64,000 bases of DNA from Eledone cirrhosa (GCA_964016885.1 OZ024741.1:34472001-34536000), one strand, 5' to 3'. Positions 12,932-25,600 are shown, numbered from the stretch's first letter. The notes: generated from the letters alone by a model not told the origin. Translations and numbers: made by a program.

Positions 12932-14015
12932 AACATTTTTCATCCTATTTTTCATGTGCTATCAACTAATCCAATCTCCAAGTTGCTTGAAACTGACTTT
13001 TCCCCCCCCCAGGAAAACGGTGGGGTGAGGTGGTTCCCCCTTCACCTGGATAACCCCTGCTTACTCGGAATTTTCTCTTTGATTCTATTTTCATGCGTTA
13101 TCAGTGAATATGTCTTCCAAACAAGTCAAAAACAACTAGCTTTGGAGAAAGAGGAGAGGGAGGGGGAAGAGTTTTGCAGATCTACACCCCACTCACATGT
13201 TGTGGGACTTAATCATTTTCGGTATATTTCCTTTGCTATTTCCTGTGCTATTTCCTATGTTATTTCCTGTGCTATTAACTAATCTGACCTCCTAGATGCT
13301 TCCAATCAACTTATTTCCCTGGATTAGGTTTAGGGTTGGGGTAATGTTTAGGGTTTAGTTTTAGGGTTGGGGTAAAGTTTAGGGTTTAGTTTTAGGGTTG
13401 GGTAATGTTTAGGGTTTAGGTTTAGGGTTGGGGTAAAGTTTAGGGTTTAGTTTTAGGTTTGGGGTAAAGTTTAGGGTTTAGTTTTAGGTTTGGGGTAATG
13501 TTTAGGGTTTAGTTTTATGGTTGGGGTAATGTTTAGAGTTTATTTTTATGGTTGGGGTAAAGTTTAGGGTTTAGTTTAAGGGTTGGGGTAATGTTTATAT
13601 TTAGATTTAGCTTGGTTTGTTTAGATTTAGAGTTTAGGATTGGGGCTAGATTTAATTTTAGTTTTAGTTTTAGTTTCCTAATCCCAGGAAAAAAAATTGA
13701 TTCAGAGCAACTAAAAGGTCAGATTAGTTGATAGCACACAAAAGGAGACCAAAGAAAAATCATTAGGGTATATATCTACAAAACGACAATGGTTTTTCCA
13801 CCTGCTTTACCCCTCCCCTTTTCTAGAACAACTAATCATTTCCAACTGGTTTGGAGGTCATATTCGTTGATAACATACGAAAAATCTTAGAGAAAACTCT
13901 GGGGTTAAATGAGAGAAGTGCATCCACCTAAGTTTTCCATGAAGAGAGAGTCAATAACAAACATCTTGGAGATCAGATTAGTTGATAACACATGAAAAAA
14001 AGATGAGGAAAAAGT
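12932..14015. repeat. Foldback: ~390-bp imperfect inverted arms (12932-13328 / 13677-14015) around a telomere-like tract
   Basis: For example, tgtgctattaactaatctgacc (13268) matches the reverse complement of ggtcagattagttgatagcaca (13717), and catgtgctatcaactaatc (12954) matches the reverse complement of gattagttgataacacatg (13976). Confidence 0.85.
13322..13676 (+). repeat. Degenerate telomere-like array (tttagggttggggtaa[t/a]gtttagggtttag, ~30-bp unit)
   Basis: Many TTAGGG/TTTAGGG words in a ~30-bp period. Confidence 0.85.
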
Positions 14016-14017
14016 TT

Positions 14018-15236
14018 TGGGTGTTATGTGGTGTGGAGTAGTGTGGTGTGTTTTTATGTGGTGTGTTCTTATGTGGTGTGTTTTTATGTGGTGTGTTCTT
14101 ATGTGGTGTGATGTAGTGAGGAGTGGTGTGTTGTGTTGTGTTGTGATGTGGTGTGGAGTAGTGTGGTGTGTTTTTATGTGGAGTAGTGTGTTGTGTTTTT
14201 ATGTGGTGTGGTTAAGTGAGGAGTGGTGTGTTGTGTTGTGGTGTGATGTGGTGTGGAGTAGTGTGGGGTGTTCTTATGTGGAGTAGTCTGGTGTGTTCTT
14301 ATGTGGTGTGATGTAGTGAGGTGTGGTGTGTTGTGGTGTTATGTGGTGTGGAATAGTGTGGTGTGTTTTTATGTGGAGTAGTGTGGTGTGATGTAGTGAG
14401 GAGTGGTGTGTTGTGTTGTGGTGTTATGTGGTGTGGAGTAATGTGGTGTGATGTAATGAGGAGTGGTGTGTTGTGTTGTTATGTGGTGTGGAGTAGTGTA
14501 GGGTGTTCTTATGTGGAGTGGAGTAGTGTGGTGTGATGTAGTGAGGAGTGGTGTGTTGTGTTGTTATGTGGTGTGGAGTAGTGTGGTGTGTTTTTATGTG
14601 GAGTGGAGTAGTGTGGTGTGATGTAGTGAGGAGTGGTGTGTTGTGTTGTTATGTGGTGTGGAGTAGTGTGGTGTGTTTTTATGTGGAGTGGAGTAGTGTG
14701 GTGTGATGTAGTGAGGAGTGGTGTGTTGTGTTGTGGTGCTATGTGGTGAGGAGTAGTGTGGTGTGTTCTTATGTGGAGTGGAGTAGTGTGGTGTGATGTA
14801 GTGAGGAGTGGTGTGTTGTGTTGTTATGTGGTGTGGATTAGTGTGGTGTGTTCTTATGTGGAGTGGAGTAGTGTGGTGTGATGTAGTGAGGAGTGGTGTG
14901 TTGTGTTGTTATGTGGTGTGGATTAGTGTGGTGTGTTCTTATGTGGAGTGGAGTAGTGTGGTGTGATGTAGTGAGGAGTGGTGTGTTGTGTTGTTATGTG
15001 GTGTGGAGTAGTGTGGTGTGTTTTTATGTGGTGTGGTGCAGTGTTGTATGTTTTTATGTGGTATGATGTGGTGCGGTACAGTGTGATGTGGTGTGGTGCC
15101 GTGCGGTGAGGTGCAGTGCGGTGTTGTACAGTGTGGCTCGGTGCGGTGTGGTGTGATGCAGTGCAGTGTGGTGTGGTGAGGTGCAATGCAGTGTGGTGTT
15201 GTGCAGTGCAGTGTGGTGCAGTGCTGTGCGGTGAGG
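14018..15236. repeat. Pentamer-based (GTGTG/GAGTA) satellite with ~70-bp higher-order period
   Basis: Recurrent gatgtagtgaggagtggtgtgttgtgttgttatgtggtgtggagtagtgtgg block. Confidence 0.9.
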
Positions 15237-15432
15237 TTCTTCATCTTTATCTTTCTCTTCTTCATCTTTGTATTCATCTTCTTTGTTTTGTCTTCCATCT
15301 AAACACACAAAAAAAATATAAAACATATATGTAGCCAATCTCTCAGACTTTTACAAAGCTCCAAGGAGATAAATGTAATATAAGTGGTGTGTCCATGAAA
15401 GAGATACTACAAAATAGCTTAAAAGCTATATA

Positions 15433-15537
15433 TCATCATCATCATCATCATTGTTTAACGTCCATCTTCGACGCTAGCATGGGTTAGACGGGAGTTGTGC
15501 CACTTGAGGCAAGGTTGGTCGGGTGATGGGTGTCTCG

Positions 15538-15540
<3 letters not shown>
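15433..15540 (-). mobile_element. 3' tail of RTE-derived SINE/LINE ending in (GAT)n
   Basis: Reverse complement matches the tail at 26600-26706 (cccgtctaacccatgctagcgt...gatgatgat). Confidence 0.75.
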
Positions 15541-15593
<53 letters not shown>

Positions 15594-15597
<4 letters not shown>

Positions 15598-16920
15598 AAT
15601 AACAGGAGGCTGCACTGGTGTAATTCCTTAAATGTTTATTATACTATGAACATTTCAATGACCAGGTTCAGTATGAATCCAGTGACATCATCAGGTATTC
15701 TTAAATTTAACAAAGGAATATAATAAACACAATCCAAGGGGCTGAAAAGCAGAGAGATGCTCAAGATAAGAAGGCGGCCCAAAAATTAGCAGTTGTAGTC
15801 CGGGTGGCCGCCAAACGGAATGACCAGTTCTATCCAATGGTGAACCAACAAACCTAAATGAAACGTTCTGTTAAATGTTTTTCCATTCTTTAAAAAATTC
15901 TTTATAACTATTCACTGGACATTCAATATCTATTGTGATTGTTGCATATAATACAGTTGCAGGTGTGTACGTGATCGCTGTGGGTGTATAAGTGCCCGTA
16001 TGTATCACGCCTGTGCGAAATACAACCCCTTACCTCCTACAGTAGTAATTCCGATTTAAGAAACAACTTTGATTGACAGGTGGCAAATTAAAGGAACCAA
16101 ATATAGGACGGCCATATATAACAAAGAAGGTGTTGTAAGATGCCAGGTGGACCATAACGCACTAGAGTACTCGATACTTAGGGTAGTAGAGTGGGTAATA
16201 GGGAAAAGAGTCAGGAACCCGACGGCTGAGCTCCTGCTGTTTCGACAGCTAGATCAGTTCAGACCTAGCTGTCGAAACAAGATTGTTATTTTAGAAAAAC
16301 AAATGGGGCATTTTACGAGAGGGTTTAAATGAAATCTTCGAATTTTGGGCATAATTGGACAAGCATATAACAGTAATAATAAACGAATAATCGGGTTTTA
16401 AAATACAAGAAGATTATTTAGAAACAACCAGACAGAATTATAGGATAGCATTGAGAGAGAGCAAAAGATTGGATTCTGGGCGATGATACGGATATATGAA
16501 TGAATGGACCGATAGGCTGGAGAGAGATAAGAAAAATGGCATTTACATTACACTTCGCAGGGGACGACGAGGTCTGACCATTAATAAGCGTTGGCAAATT
16601 CTGAGATTCGTAGCTCGTAACAGGTTTATTTATATTTGGTGAGAGAAGGGAGTGATTGAAAGGGTGAAAGGGTGAACTAGCCGGCATGTAATATGATACA
16701 GTGTGTGAGTGGGGGGGGGGGGGTAAAGATTAAGAGGGACAAGGAGGCCATTTTATAAATCCTAGAATTTTTCGGCCAAAATTAAACAAACAAGATTGTT
16801 ATTTTAGAAAAAGAAATGGGGCATTTTACGAGAGGGTTTAAATGAAATCTTCGAATTTTGGGCATAATTGGACAAGCATATAACAGTAATAATAAGCGAA
16901 TAATGGGGTTTTAAAATATA
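15594..16920 (-). mobile_element. PLE-associated remnant of the same family as 44809-45330, with a ~130-bp direct repeat (16277-16405 / 16788-16917)
   Basis: 15594-15720 is near-identical to 44809-44935, and 15816-15858 matches 45285-45327. Abuts (TA)n. Confidence 0.6.
15642..15698 (-). ncRNA. Minimal type-I hammerhead ribozyme motif
   Basis: Minus strand reads atac CTGATGA tgtcactggattcatactgaacctggtcatt GAAA t gttc a TA gtat AATAAA. Confidence 0.7.
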
Positions 16921-16929
16921 TATATAGAG

Positions 16930-17583
16930 AGAGAAAGGAACAGTGGGAATTCCTGAAAGTTAACCTGTTGAAGGCTGCTGATGAAATCTGTGGGTGGAGC
17001 AGACAGTTAGGTAGGAGGAGAGTGACATGGTGGTGGAACAGTAAGGTGGAGAAGTCCATCAAGGGCAAAAATGGAGACTTGGAAAGAATGGCACGATGGA
17101 GATAGTAGAGAACTCCCAGATAGTAAACCAAGTAATACAGAATGGGGGTCATACCAAATTACTAGTGTAGCATTATCATCGTCAAATGTTACAAGGGCAA
17201 AGGAGACGCCCTAGATAGAGGAAACTATAGGGTCATTAAGTTAGTTGACCAGGTCATGAAAGTCACAGAAAGAGTTCTTACTCAACTGATTAGAGACTGA
17301 ATTGATCTAGATGAAATGCAGTTTGGGTTTGTGCCAGGTAAAAGCACTATGGATGTTCCTTTCTTTGTACGGCTACTACAGAAGAAGTACCTTGCTAAAA
17401 GTAAACCCCTCTACTTAGTTTTTGTTGACTTGGAGAAACCCTTTGACAGAGTCCCACGCACCTTAATCTGGTAGGCTCTTAGTAAACTAGGAGTAGATGA
17501 ATAGCTTGTGAGAGCTATACAAGCCATGTATAGAGGAACAGTCAGCAAGGTTAGAATTAACAATGAATATAGTGAAGAATTTA
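16930..17583 (+). mobile_element. Decayed RTE-clade LINE fragment (RT N-terminal part)
   Basis: [24 protein letters not shown] and FVDLEKxFDRVP motifs with stops; homologous to 35320-36400. Confidence 0.9.
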
Positions 17584-18520
17584 GCTACATCAAGCGCAGC
17601 AACATAAGATTCTTCGCAGATGATTCCAAGCTCCAAAGGGTCATCAATGAGGTGGGTGACTGGATTTGCCTTCAGTCAGACCTACTGGCTGTTATCCAAT
17701 GGGCAGAAAAGAATATGCTGTTGAATGAGGATAAAATTGAATTAATCCAGTTTAGAAAAAAGGATGCCCTCAAACTACCATACTCTCTTCCTTCGGGTGA
17801 AACTCTAGTGGCATCCAAGAACATCAGAGACCTGGGAGTAATTGTGGACAACAACATAAGCTGGGCCACTCATATAAACAGCAAAGTTGACATGGCCGCC
17901 CGCAGAATGTGTTCCTGGATTCTCAGAACCTTTTCAGTCGAGAGATATCCACACTGTTATCCTTCTCTTCTCCACTTTTGCTTGACACCATCTTGAATAC
18001 TGTTGTCCACTGTGGTCTCCCCACACAAAACAAAGTATCATGAAAGTTGAAGCACCCCAAAGATCGATTACAAAACAGATAGATGGCATGACAGGCCTAG
18101 ACTATTCTTTCCAATGTCGCCGTGAGCGCTACATTATCTACATGATGTGGAAAATATTCCATCAGCTTTGTCCAAATGATGCTGGCATCACCTTTAATGT
18201 ACACCCAAGGATTGGGGGCCCGTGCTATCTGCCCACGACAAAAAGCTCACTCGTATCTCATAACAACAATACGGCACAATTATTTCCCCTCAATTGGCCC
18301 TGCTCTCTTTAACATTACACCAAAAGACATCAAAACAGAAACAGACCCCATCAAGTTCAAGAAGTCTTTGGACAAATTCCTTAAAGAAATCCCGGATAAG
18401 CCTCCTACACCCGGATATGCCTCCGTAAACAATAACTCTCTGCTCGAGTGGGCCATGGTGCCCAAACCCTGATTTGAAAGACTTCGCCAGGTGGTGCCAA
18501 TACTGACCAAAACCAAATCA
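17584..18520 (+). mobile_element. 3' part of a CR1/L2-type LINE (RT C-terminus and tail)
   Basis: FFADDSKL...LQSDL...WAEKN, RDLGVIVDNNISWATHI, LEYCCPLWSP and FKKSLDKFL motifs with frameshifts; ends at a TA/CATA microsatellite. Confidence 0.85.
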
Positions 18521-18784
18521 AAGTTATATATATATAAATATATACATACATATACACATATATATATATATATAAATACATATATCCATACATAAATTAA
18601 TAAAAATAATGAATAAAAACAAAGAAACAGTTCCTTGTATTAAAAAATTCATCATTTTACGATCGTTTCTAGGATATATATGTGTGTGTTGGTATGTATA
18701 TCATATAGATCTATGTAACATTTTTACAAACTATCAGAGGGAATATACATACCTACACATATATTTGCTGTTTTCAGAAATAAT

Positions 18785-18966
18785 TGTTTCTACTTTTGGC
18801 ACAAGGCCAGCAATTATCCAGTGCATTACTGGTACTTTATTTTATCGACCCCGTAAGGATGAAAGGCAAAGTTAACCTCGGCGGGATTTGAACTCAAACC
18901 ATAAAGGGGCGTAACTCTTTGCTGCAAAGCATAGCGTCAGACCCTCTACCGATACTGCCAATCCAC
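18785..18966 (-). mobile_element. Full-length tRNA-derived SINE (Nin-domain-like) with 17-bp TSD
   Basis: Minus strand has A-box-like tggcagtatcgg, B-box gagttcaaatcc and gcctttcatccttacggggtcgataaaataaagtacc. ctgttttcagaaataat is duplicated at 18768-18784 and 18967-18983. Confidence 0.9.
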
Positions 18967-19045
18967 CTGTTTTCAGAAATAATGATATTTGTTTATTGGA
19001 AAAAAAAAAACCAACAAAGATTTAATATAATAGGTCTGTTTGGGA

Positions 19046-20194
19046 ACAGGTTTTGAATTGACCAATAGAAAGGTAGTAAGTGGTCAAGATGATAGAATAG
19101 TAGTAATAGAAATTTAATTTAGGGGTAGAGGAAAGCAGACTTCAGTTTTGAATGAAAAGATTACTTTGGGGATGAAAATAGGTCAAGCCGGTGAAAGGTA
19201 CACGAAAATTTGATGTTATAAAAGAATAATGCTAATGTTAAAATCTAAGAAGAATAAAATTTTACGATAAATGTGTTAGTGAAAAATATCAATCTTATTT
19301 AAAACATAAGGAATTTAAATCTATAAAAAGAAAATAAATTAATTTAATTGATAGGTATATTTATATTGCTAAATTTATATTAATTCATATAGATATGATA
19401 AATAAGAGTTAGATGTAATTGAAGAATGTTGTTAAAAACGAAGGGAAAAAAATGGGGGGGGGGGAATAAATGAATTAATTATATCATGTAATCATAAAAT
19501 TAGAAGAACTTTTAAATATTATAAACCTAATTAATATACACTTTACAAATTATTATAATGAATTTATTTTTTTTAAAATTAGTTAACCTATAATTAATAT
19601 TCTACTACTAATGAACTGCATAATTTTATTTCCCTTTTACAGCTATCTTTTCCTAAAATTTATACCAATAAGTATACATATAAACTATTTTAATTTCAGG
19701 TTATGAATCTATATTCCTTGTAATCTATATAAATTTGTTATTTCTCACTAATACATTTACCCCCCCCCCCCCCACACACACACACATTTTTTTTCCCATT
19801 CGTTTTTAACAACATTCTTCAATTACATCTAACTCTTATTTATCATATCTATATGAATTAATATAAATTTAGCAATATAAATATACCTATCAATTAAATT
19901 AATTTATTTTCTTTTTATAGATGTAAATTCTTTATGTTTTAAATAAGATTGATATTTTTCACTAACACATTTATCGTAAAATTTTATTCTTCTTAGATTT
20001 TAACATTAGCATTATTCTTTTATAACATCAAATTTTCGTGTACCTTTCACCGGCTTGACCTATTTTCATCCCCAAAGTAATCTTTTCATTCAAAACTGAG
20101 GTCTGCTTTCCTCTACCCCTAAATTAAATTTCTATTACTACTATTCTATCATCTTGACCACTTACTACCTTTCTATTGGTCAATTCAAAACCTG

Positions 20195-20195
<1 letters not shown>
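19046..20195. repeat. Long near-perfect inverted repeat (arms ~19046-19453 and ~19786-20195, ~330-bp spacer)
   Basis: Arms read as reverse complements with few mismatches. Confidence 0.95.
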
Positions 20196-20243
<48 letters not shown>

Positions 20244-20884
20244 GAAGTAATTCCGTCGGAAAAGTCCATGAAAAAAGAGTGCTCTATGTTCGTAACAGAG
20301 CTTAATATTCATTTTATATTCATTTTTATTATTTTTTTATTATTATATATTTTTTCTTATATTTATTTGTGTGTGAGTATGTAGGTGTGTGTATATATTT
20401 CTATATACGCAGTATTTATATGTTAACATGTACGTAACGTTTATATATTAAAAATCTATGTTTCGTTCATATAAATAAATGTGCTCAAACACTTATGTCG
20501 AAATATTTGTATGTAATCTGACCGCAATATGTAGCTCAACTTTTCCAATATATGGTATGATGCCTTCATATAAACTGTAATTACATATGTCGGATCATCG
20601 GACTGACCACAACGGTCGGCATTAGCGTTTTAGGTATTATGTATGCAGCGCTAGTGTTAAACTATCTGGCACCCTCGTCAAGGTTAGATTGTGACCCCTC
20701 CCCCAAGGAAAATATCAATTTCAAAATTTATAAACAAACTTTAAAAAAATTTTCTTCAATATTTGAGCAAAGACCAAGGGTAATTTTAAAAGAAAATTAT
20801 CCCTCTGTGTTCAAATTTAAGACAAGAATAAACAAGAATAAATTTAAGACAAAAAATAAATTCAAATATTAGTGAACGACGAAC

Positions 20885-23800
20885 TCATCATGGCTAAACG
20901 TATAAGTTTCCTTCGACCAAATCGCAACTACAACCATTGTATACAATGGAACTAAGATCTCAACAAAGATGTATATAAAGCATATAAACAATCTGGCTCC
21001 CCAAAATTCGGTTTTATGCAGAGGCTAAAAACTTTGTGGAACTCCAAACATCCAGAATTAGCCTTTACCCGAAAACATTTAAATGATCAGGCAAAACGTA
21101 TCATTAGATGTAAATTGATACATCTAATGGAACTGGGTGACACTATAAAGACAGCCATTGAAGACAATCATCCCACTTCCACTGATGGACAGAGAGAATG
21201 GTCAGCTAAATCTAGCAGTAAACAGCACATCAACAATGTAACTGAAATCCATAATTCTATTGTACAAAAAGTACACCAAAAACTTGTGGGCACCTTACAA
21301 GTGATATGGGATGATATGTCTAAAGAGATACACAGCCTTAATGTGAGTAACGGACCATACAACACCGGAATCAGTTAAAAAAAAAAAAAAAAAGCCCACA
21401 AATTTGAAATTGGAAGCAGTGAACGAAATAGCTGATAATAATCTGAAGGCCACACGGTCCAAAGGTCTGTAAACAACATGTGAAATGATTAAGATTTTGA
21501 TATCTGTTTCTGCTATCACATTGCTATCCTATTGTAAACACCTAAACCCATGCAACCAAGATGTAAACTGAACCAGCGTGGATGCGTAATTTAAAAAATA
21601 CATTTTTGTCCCTAGACTAAATATCTCGCAGATCCCTGTAGTTATAAAATGCAACATAGAGAACAACTTCACATTACATCAGGATGACTTAAGAAAAAAA
21701 CTAGCGATGTGATTTGGCGATACAAGATTTAAAACTCTAAACTTCAAACTAAACCAGCTGAAACAACAACTCACAGCTGCAGCAGAAAGACTAAAATATA
21801 AGTCAACAGCACATAAACGACAAGAGCTAAATAGATTATTTGCCAGAGATCCTAAATAAGTTTATCGCAGCTTCAATGGGAAAATCTCAATCTCTGTAAA
21901 TGACAAACGAACAGGTTGAGAGGGCAACTGGAGATCTTTCTTAGAAACAATTGACGGAATTAACAAACAAACTAAATGGCTAAAAGAACTGGAACAGGAA
22001 TAATGCCAGCATGTCCAGACAAAACAATATGACATAGATGGGTCAATACTGGAAACAGCCCAACAAAAAATGTTGAATAGGAAATCACCTGGCCCAGACC
22101 AATAACAGGATACTAGCTGAAGAATTTTACCTTCTAATCAGCAAGATCTCAGACGGATGTTTAGAAAAAGCATCAAAGGCACACAAGAACTGCCACTACT
22201 CTCCTCATCCCCCCAAATAGCCAAGCCACCCTTGCTAAAAATTACCACCCAATAGCCTGCCATAACATTATGTACAAATTATACACTGGGTGCCTTAATC
22301 TGTTCTTTCCACCAACAACATTATAACACCTGGGCAAGCTGGTGGAAAGAAGGAAGTGTGGGGCTGTATAGATCACCTACTAACAAATAAAATGATAGCG
22401 GAAATAACAGCAAAGAATCGCAGGAACATGACTGTGGTATGGCTGGACTATCAGAAGGCCTTCGATAGTGTACCTCATGGCTGGATTATTAAGGCTTTAC
22501 AGTTAACCAAAGTCCCACAACCACTAGTAGCTGCTGTTGAATGTCTGACCAAGAACTGGTACACCAGTTAACTCCTCAGGGGTGAGAAGGAGCAAATTGA
22601 GACTGATACAATACAGTACCAGAAAGGCATCTTTCAGGGTGATAGTTTATCAGAGCTGTTCTTCATCCTCACACTAAACCCACTATCATACCTGCTCACA
22701 AAACAAAGTGGTCATAGAAGTAGGCCCAGAAGTATCTCTCATCTTTTCTTTGTTGATGACCTGAAGTTGTATGGGACAAATACCAACTATATTAAAAAAC
22801 AATTGGACCTCATTACACAATTTTCTACAAACATTAGAATGAAATTTGGTGAGTGTTGTTCATATTTGACAGTAAAACATGGAAGGATTGTTCCCCCTCT
22901 CTGGAAATCTAGAGATGAACGGCTTGACAATATAACCTCTACAGTCAGGTGACAACTACAGATATTTTGGACAAGATGAGAATGTCAGATATGATGGACC
23001 CCTAAATAAGGAGAGAACCAGAACTGAATACTGTAGGAGAGTAAAGAAAATATGGTCATCAGAACTATCGGTGTACAACAAATACATTGTCCACAATACT
23101 TATGCTGTGCCAATTCTAACACCAACATTTGGTCTTCTGAACTGGTCATTGCAAGAGCTAAGTGAGGTGGATATAAGAACTCGCAAGCTTTTCAGTGTTA
23201 CTGAAAACTTTAACATCAATGATGTGGATAGGCTATACGTCTCACGCAAGGAAGGTGGCTGGGATCTAAAATCCATATTAACATCATACGAGATCCAGAT
23301 AGTAACATTGTCAACAGAAGAAAAAGGTCAGCAACCATCTGGCCCAGGTTTATGAGCATAAAGAAAATAATATCATTAGGATAGCCACTGATCTAGAGGA
23401 GAGATGTGGAATATGGCCTAATATAAATCTCTCTCTCAGGAACATTGGTAGATCTTATTCAATGTTCGAACAAGATAAAAAAATGGACCAAATTACAGAG
23501 AAAGTTGTGCATGGGTACCTGAGACGAAAAACACAGACCATAGAGTCAGTAACAATAAATCCCTACCAAATATCTGCTACGCAAAAGTGGAGGGCCATCA
23601 CTCAACAATAAATGTAGGCTATGTAAAACAAAGATTGAAGATGTTAGTCACATTGTTGCCAGCTGTGAAAGAATGCCATCGCACTACTACCTCACTATGA
23701 GACACGATGTGATAGCTAGAACCATCTGGAACATACTAAGGAAAATAAAATTAAAAACAAATGAGGAGGAATATGTTGAGATAGATGACACTAAGGAATA

Positions 23801-24225
23801 CTGGTGGAACCTGAAAATAAAAACTGCCACCAAATTTAAGCCCAACCAGCCTGATATTGTTATTTGGGACCTCTCATTGAAAACATGCTCTGTTGTAGAG
23901 ATCAGCTGCCCACTTGATGTCAAAGTTGTAAGAAAAATACAGGAGAAGGAAAACATCTACAGACCATTGATGAGGAGTTTGAAGATCCAGTATCCAAGAT
24001 TGACCTTCAGCTTTATACCCATTATATAGCAAACCGCTTGGACCAAAGTATGATTGAACTTGGATTTGTGGAGAAAGAAAGAAGCTCCCTAATTCATAGA
24101 CTACAAATAGCTGCAATACATTGCAAAACATTCTTGTGATTCAAGAGATGACAATTTCCTTTCTTTTACAACCTTGCTAGCAGGAAGGTGGCCAGTCAAA
24201 AATATACTCGAAATTAAGAGAAAGA
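20885..24225 (+). mobile_element. Near-full-length decayed R4/Dong-like non-LTR retrotransposon (RT plus restriction-like endonuclease)
   Basis: WLDYQKAFDSVPH, GIFQGDSLS, HLFFVDDLKLY, RHDVIA and PDIVIWD...VEISCP...EKENIY motifs; many stops and frameshifts. Confidence 0.85.
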
Positions 24226-24239
24226 GAAACATACATACA

Positions 24240-24780
24240 TGCATCTCAGTTTCGAGAATTGCCATCTCTTTCTTTTAGTCTTGCTAAGGACTTATATCTC
24301 TTTCTGCATATGTTGCAGTGAAAGAAAAAAGAAAATGCCAATCTCATGCAACACATGTGAAATTCATTTAGATCAAGTGATGACTACTTGAAGCTTTTTA
24401 AAGTAAAGAAAGGCTGTGCACTGGACCAATCCCACCCTCAGAACAACAGTGACAAGTTGGTTACTCTTTGGACAACTAAGTAACTTATTTCTTGAACTTT
24501 ATGTGATATCTTCAATTCTTGGGAAATACTGCAGATTACCTCTAAATAGATTTCAAAATCACCTTGAAGTGTTTGAATGGCTTTTCTAACAAATGATAAT
24601 GTTTGGAAGCAAAATAGACCTTTAATTTATTCAGCACCATAATTTCTTTTTCAAGTATATTTCCACAGACCAAACATTGGGGAAAAAGATTTCTTTCATC
24701 AGAAAATGTAAAACACAGTTTCATATAATGACTACAAGCAATCAATTCACTAAAGCAAATACGTATTTGGAACGAAAGAA
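24240..24780 (-). mobile_element. hAT (Buster/Charlie-like) transposase remnant
   Basis: PQCLVCGNIL...NKLKVYFASKH resembles the N-terminal zinc-finger motif of Buster-type transposases. A TIR-like end lies near 26900-26925. Confidence 0.65.
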
Positions 24781-24790
24781 TGGTATTTAA

Positions 24791-25600
24791 CTAATGTAAT
24801 GGTACGCGATGGGGCCCACACACAGCCCCGGTGGACAGAATGGAGAAGGCGTTTCCCCGGAGGACGGCAAGGGAGACGCGCTGGAAAAGCCACTCCAACT
24901 CGCTGGGCTCACACCTACGGCTGGCCAGCTCAGCGCCTATGGTGGTGAGTAAGGAGGTAGCCCTGGGGCCGAGGACACCAGAAGTTTCCACTGCCAGGGG
25001 AACGACTGCAAACCTGTCGGAGAGCGACCGGTATTTGAGGAGTTTGGTCCCCTCAGCCCGACGTGCAGCAGAACCTGGGTCAGTCGCAGACTGCACCAGG
25101 TTGCAGCTGCAGAAAGTGTTGGTGCAAGTGGCATCCCAGACGAGGGGTTTGCCACTGCGGAACGGGAAATAGTCATGCCATCTGGCCTTTTGCCGTCCCC
25201 TCGATCCAGCCCCACCGGCTCGAGCTGGGAAGAGAAGCCTACAGTGTCCAAGCCATGCTTAATGACCTCGTTGAGGGCAGTATGGCGTGGAATGCGGCCG
25301 GCACTGTGGCGACAGGAAAGCGGGTGGAGGCCGAAAGAGTCCACGGTGGAACCGCAGTGACACTGGTGTGGCTGGCAGATCCGGAGGCCGAGCCTCAGGG
25401 AAACGTTGATTGGCAGGCAATGGTTGTCTAGCTGCATGCCAGTGGAGAAGGAGGGCAGAGCATGGAGCCAGGCACCACTGTGGGGTTTGGAGGCCGCATG
25501 AAAACAAGCAAGGCGGTGCTGGTCGAGCTGGCGCGTGAGCCTGTCTGAGGCCAGGCTGCACTGGATGGAATCCCAAGTGCATTGGGGGGACTTGACGTCA
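24791..25600 (-). mobile_element. 3' fragment of a CRE-clade non-LTR retrotransposon (zinc knuckle and RLE)
   Basis: HSGAWLHALP, CHCG...HPLSC...HTALNEVIK, EPVGLDRGDGKRPDG, WDATC, PLAVETSG and QRVSLAVLRGNA motifs; a GC-rich island with at least one frameshift. Confidence 0.85.

Noticed and set aside
13322-13676. True telomere
   Set aside because: Short, degenerate, ~30-bp periodic and internal to inverted arms.
12589-15338. His/Thr/Pro-rich and Val/Trp/Cys-rich ORFs
   Set aside because: Translations of pentamer microsatellites.
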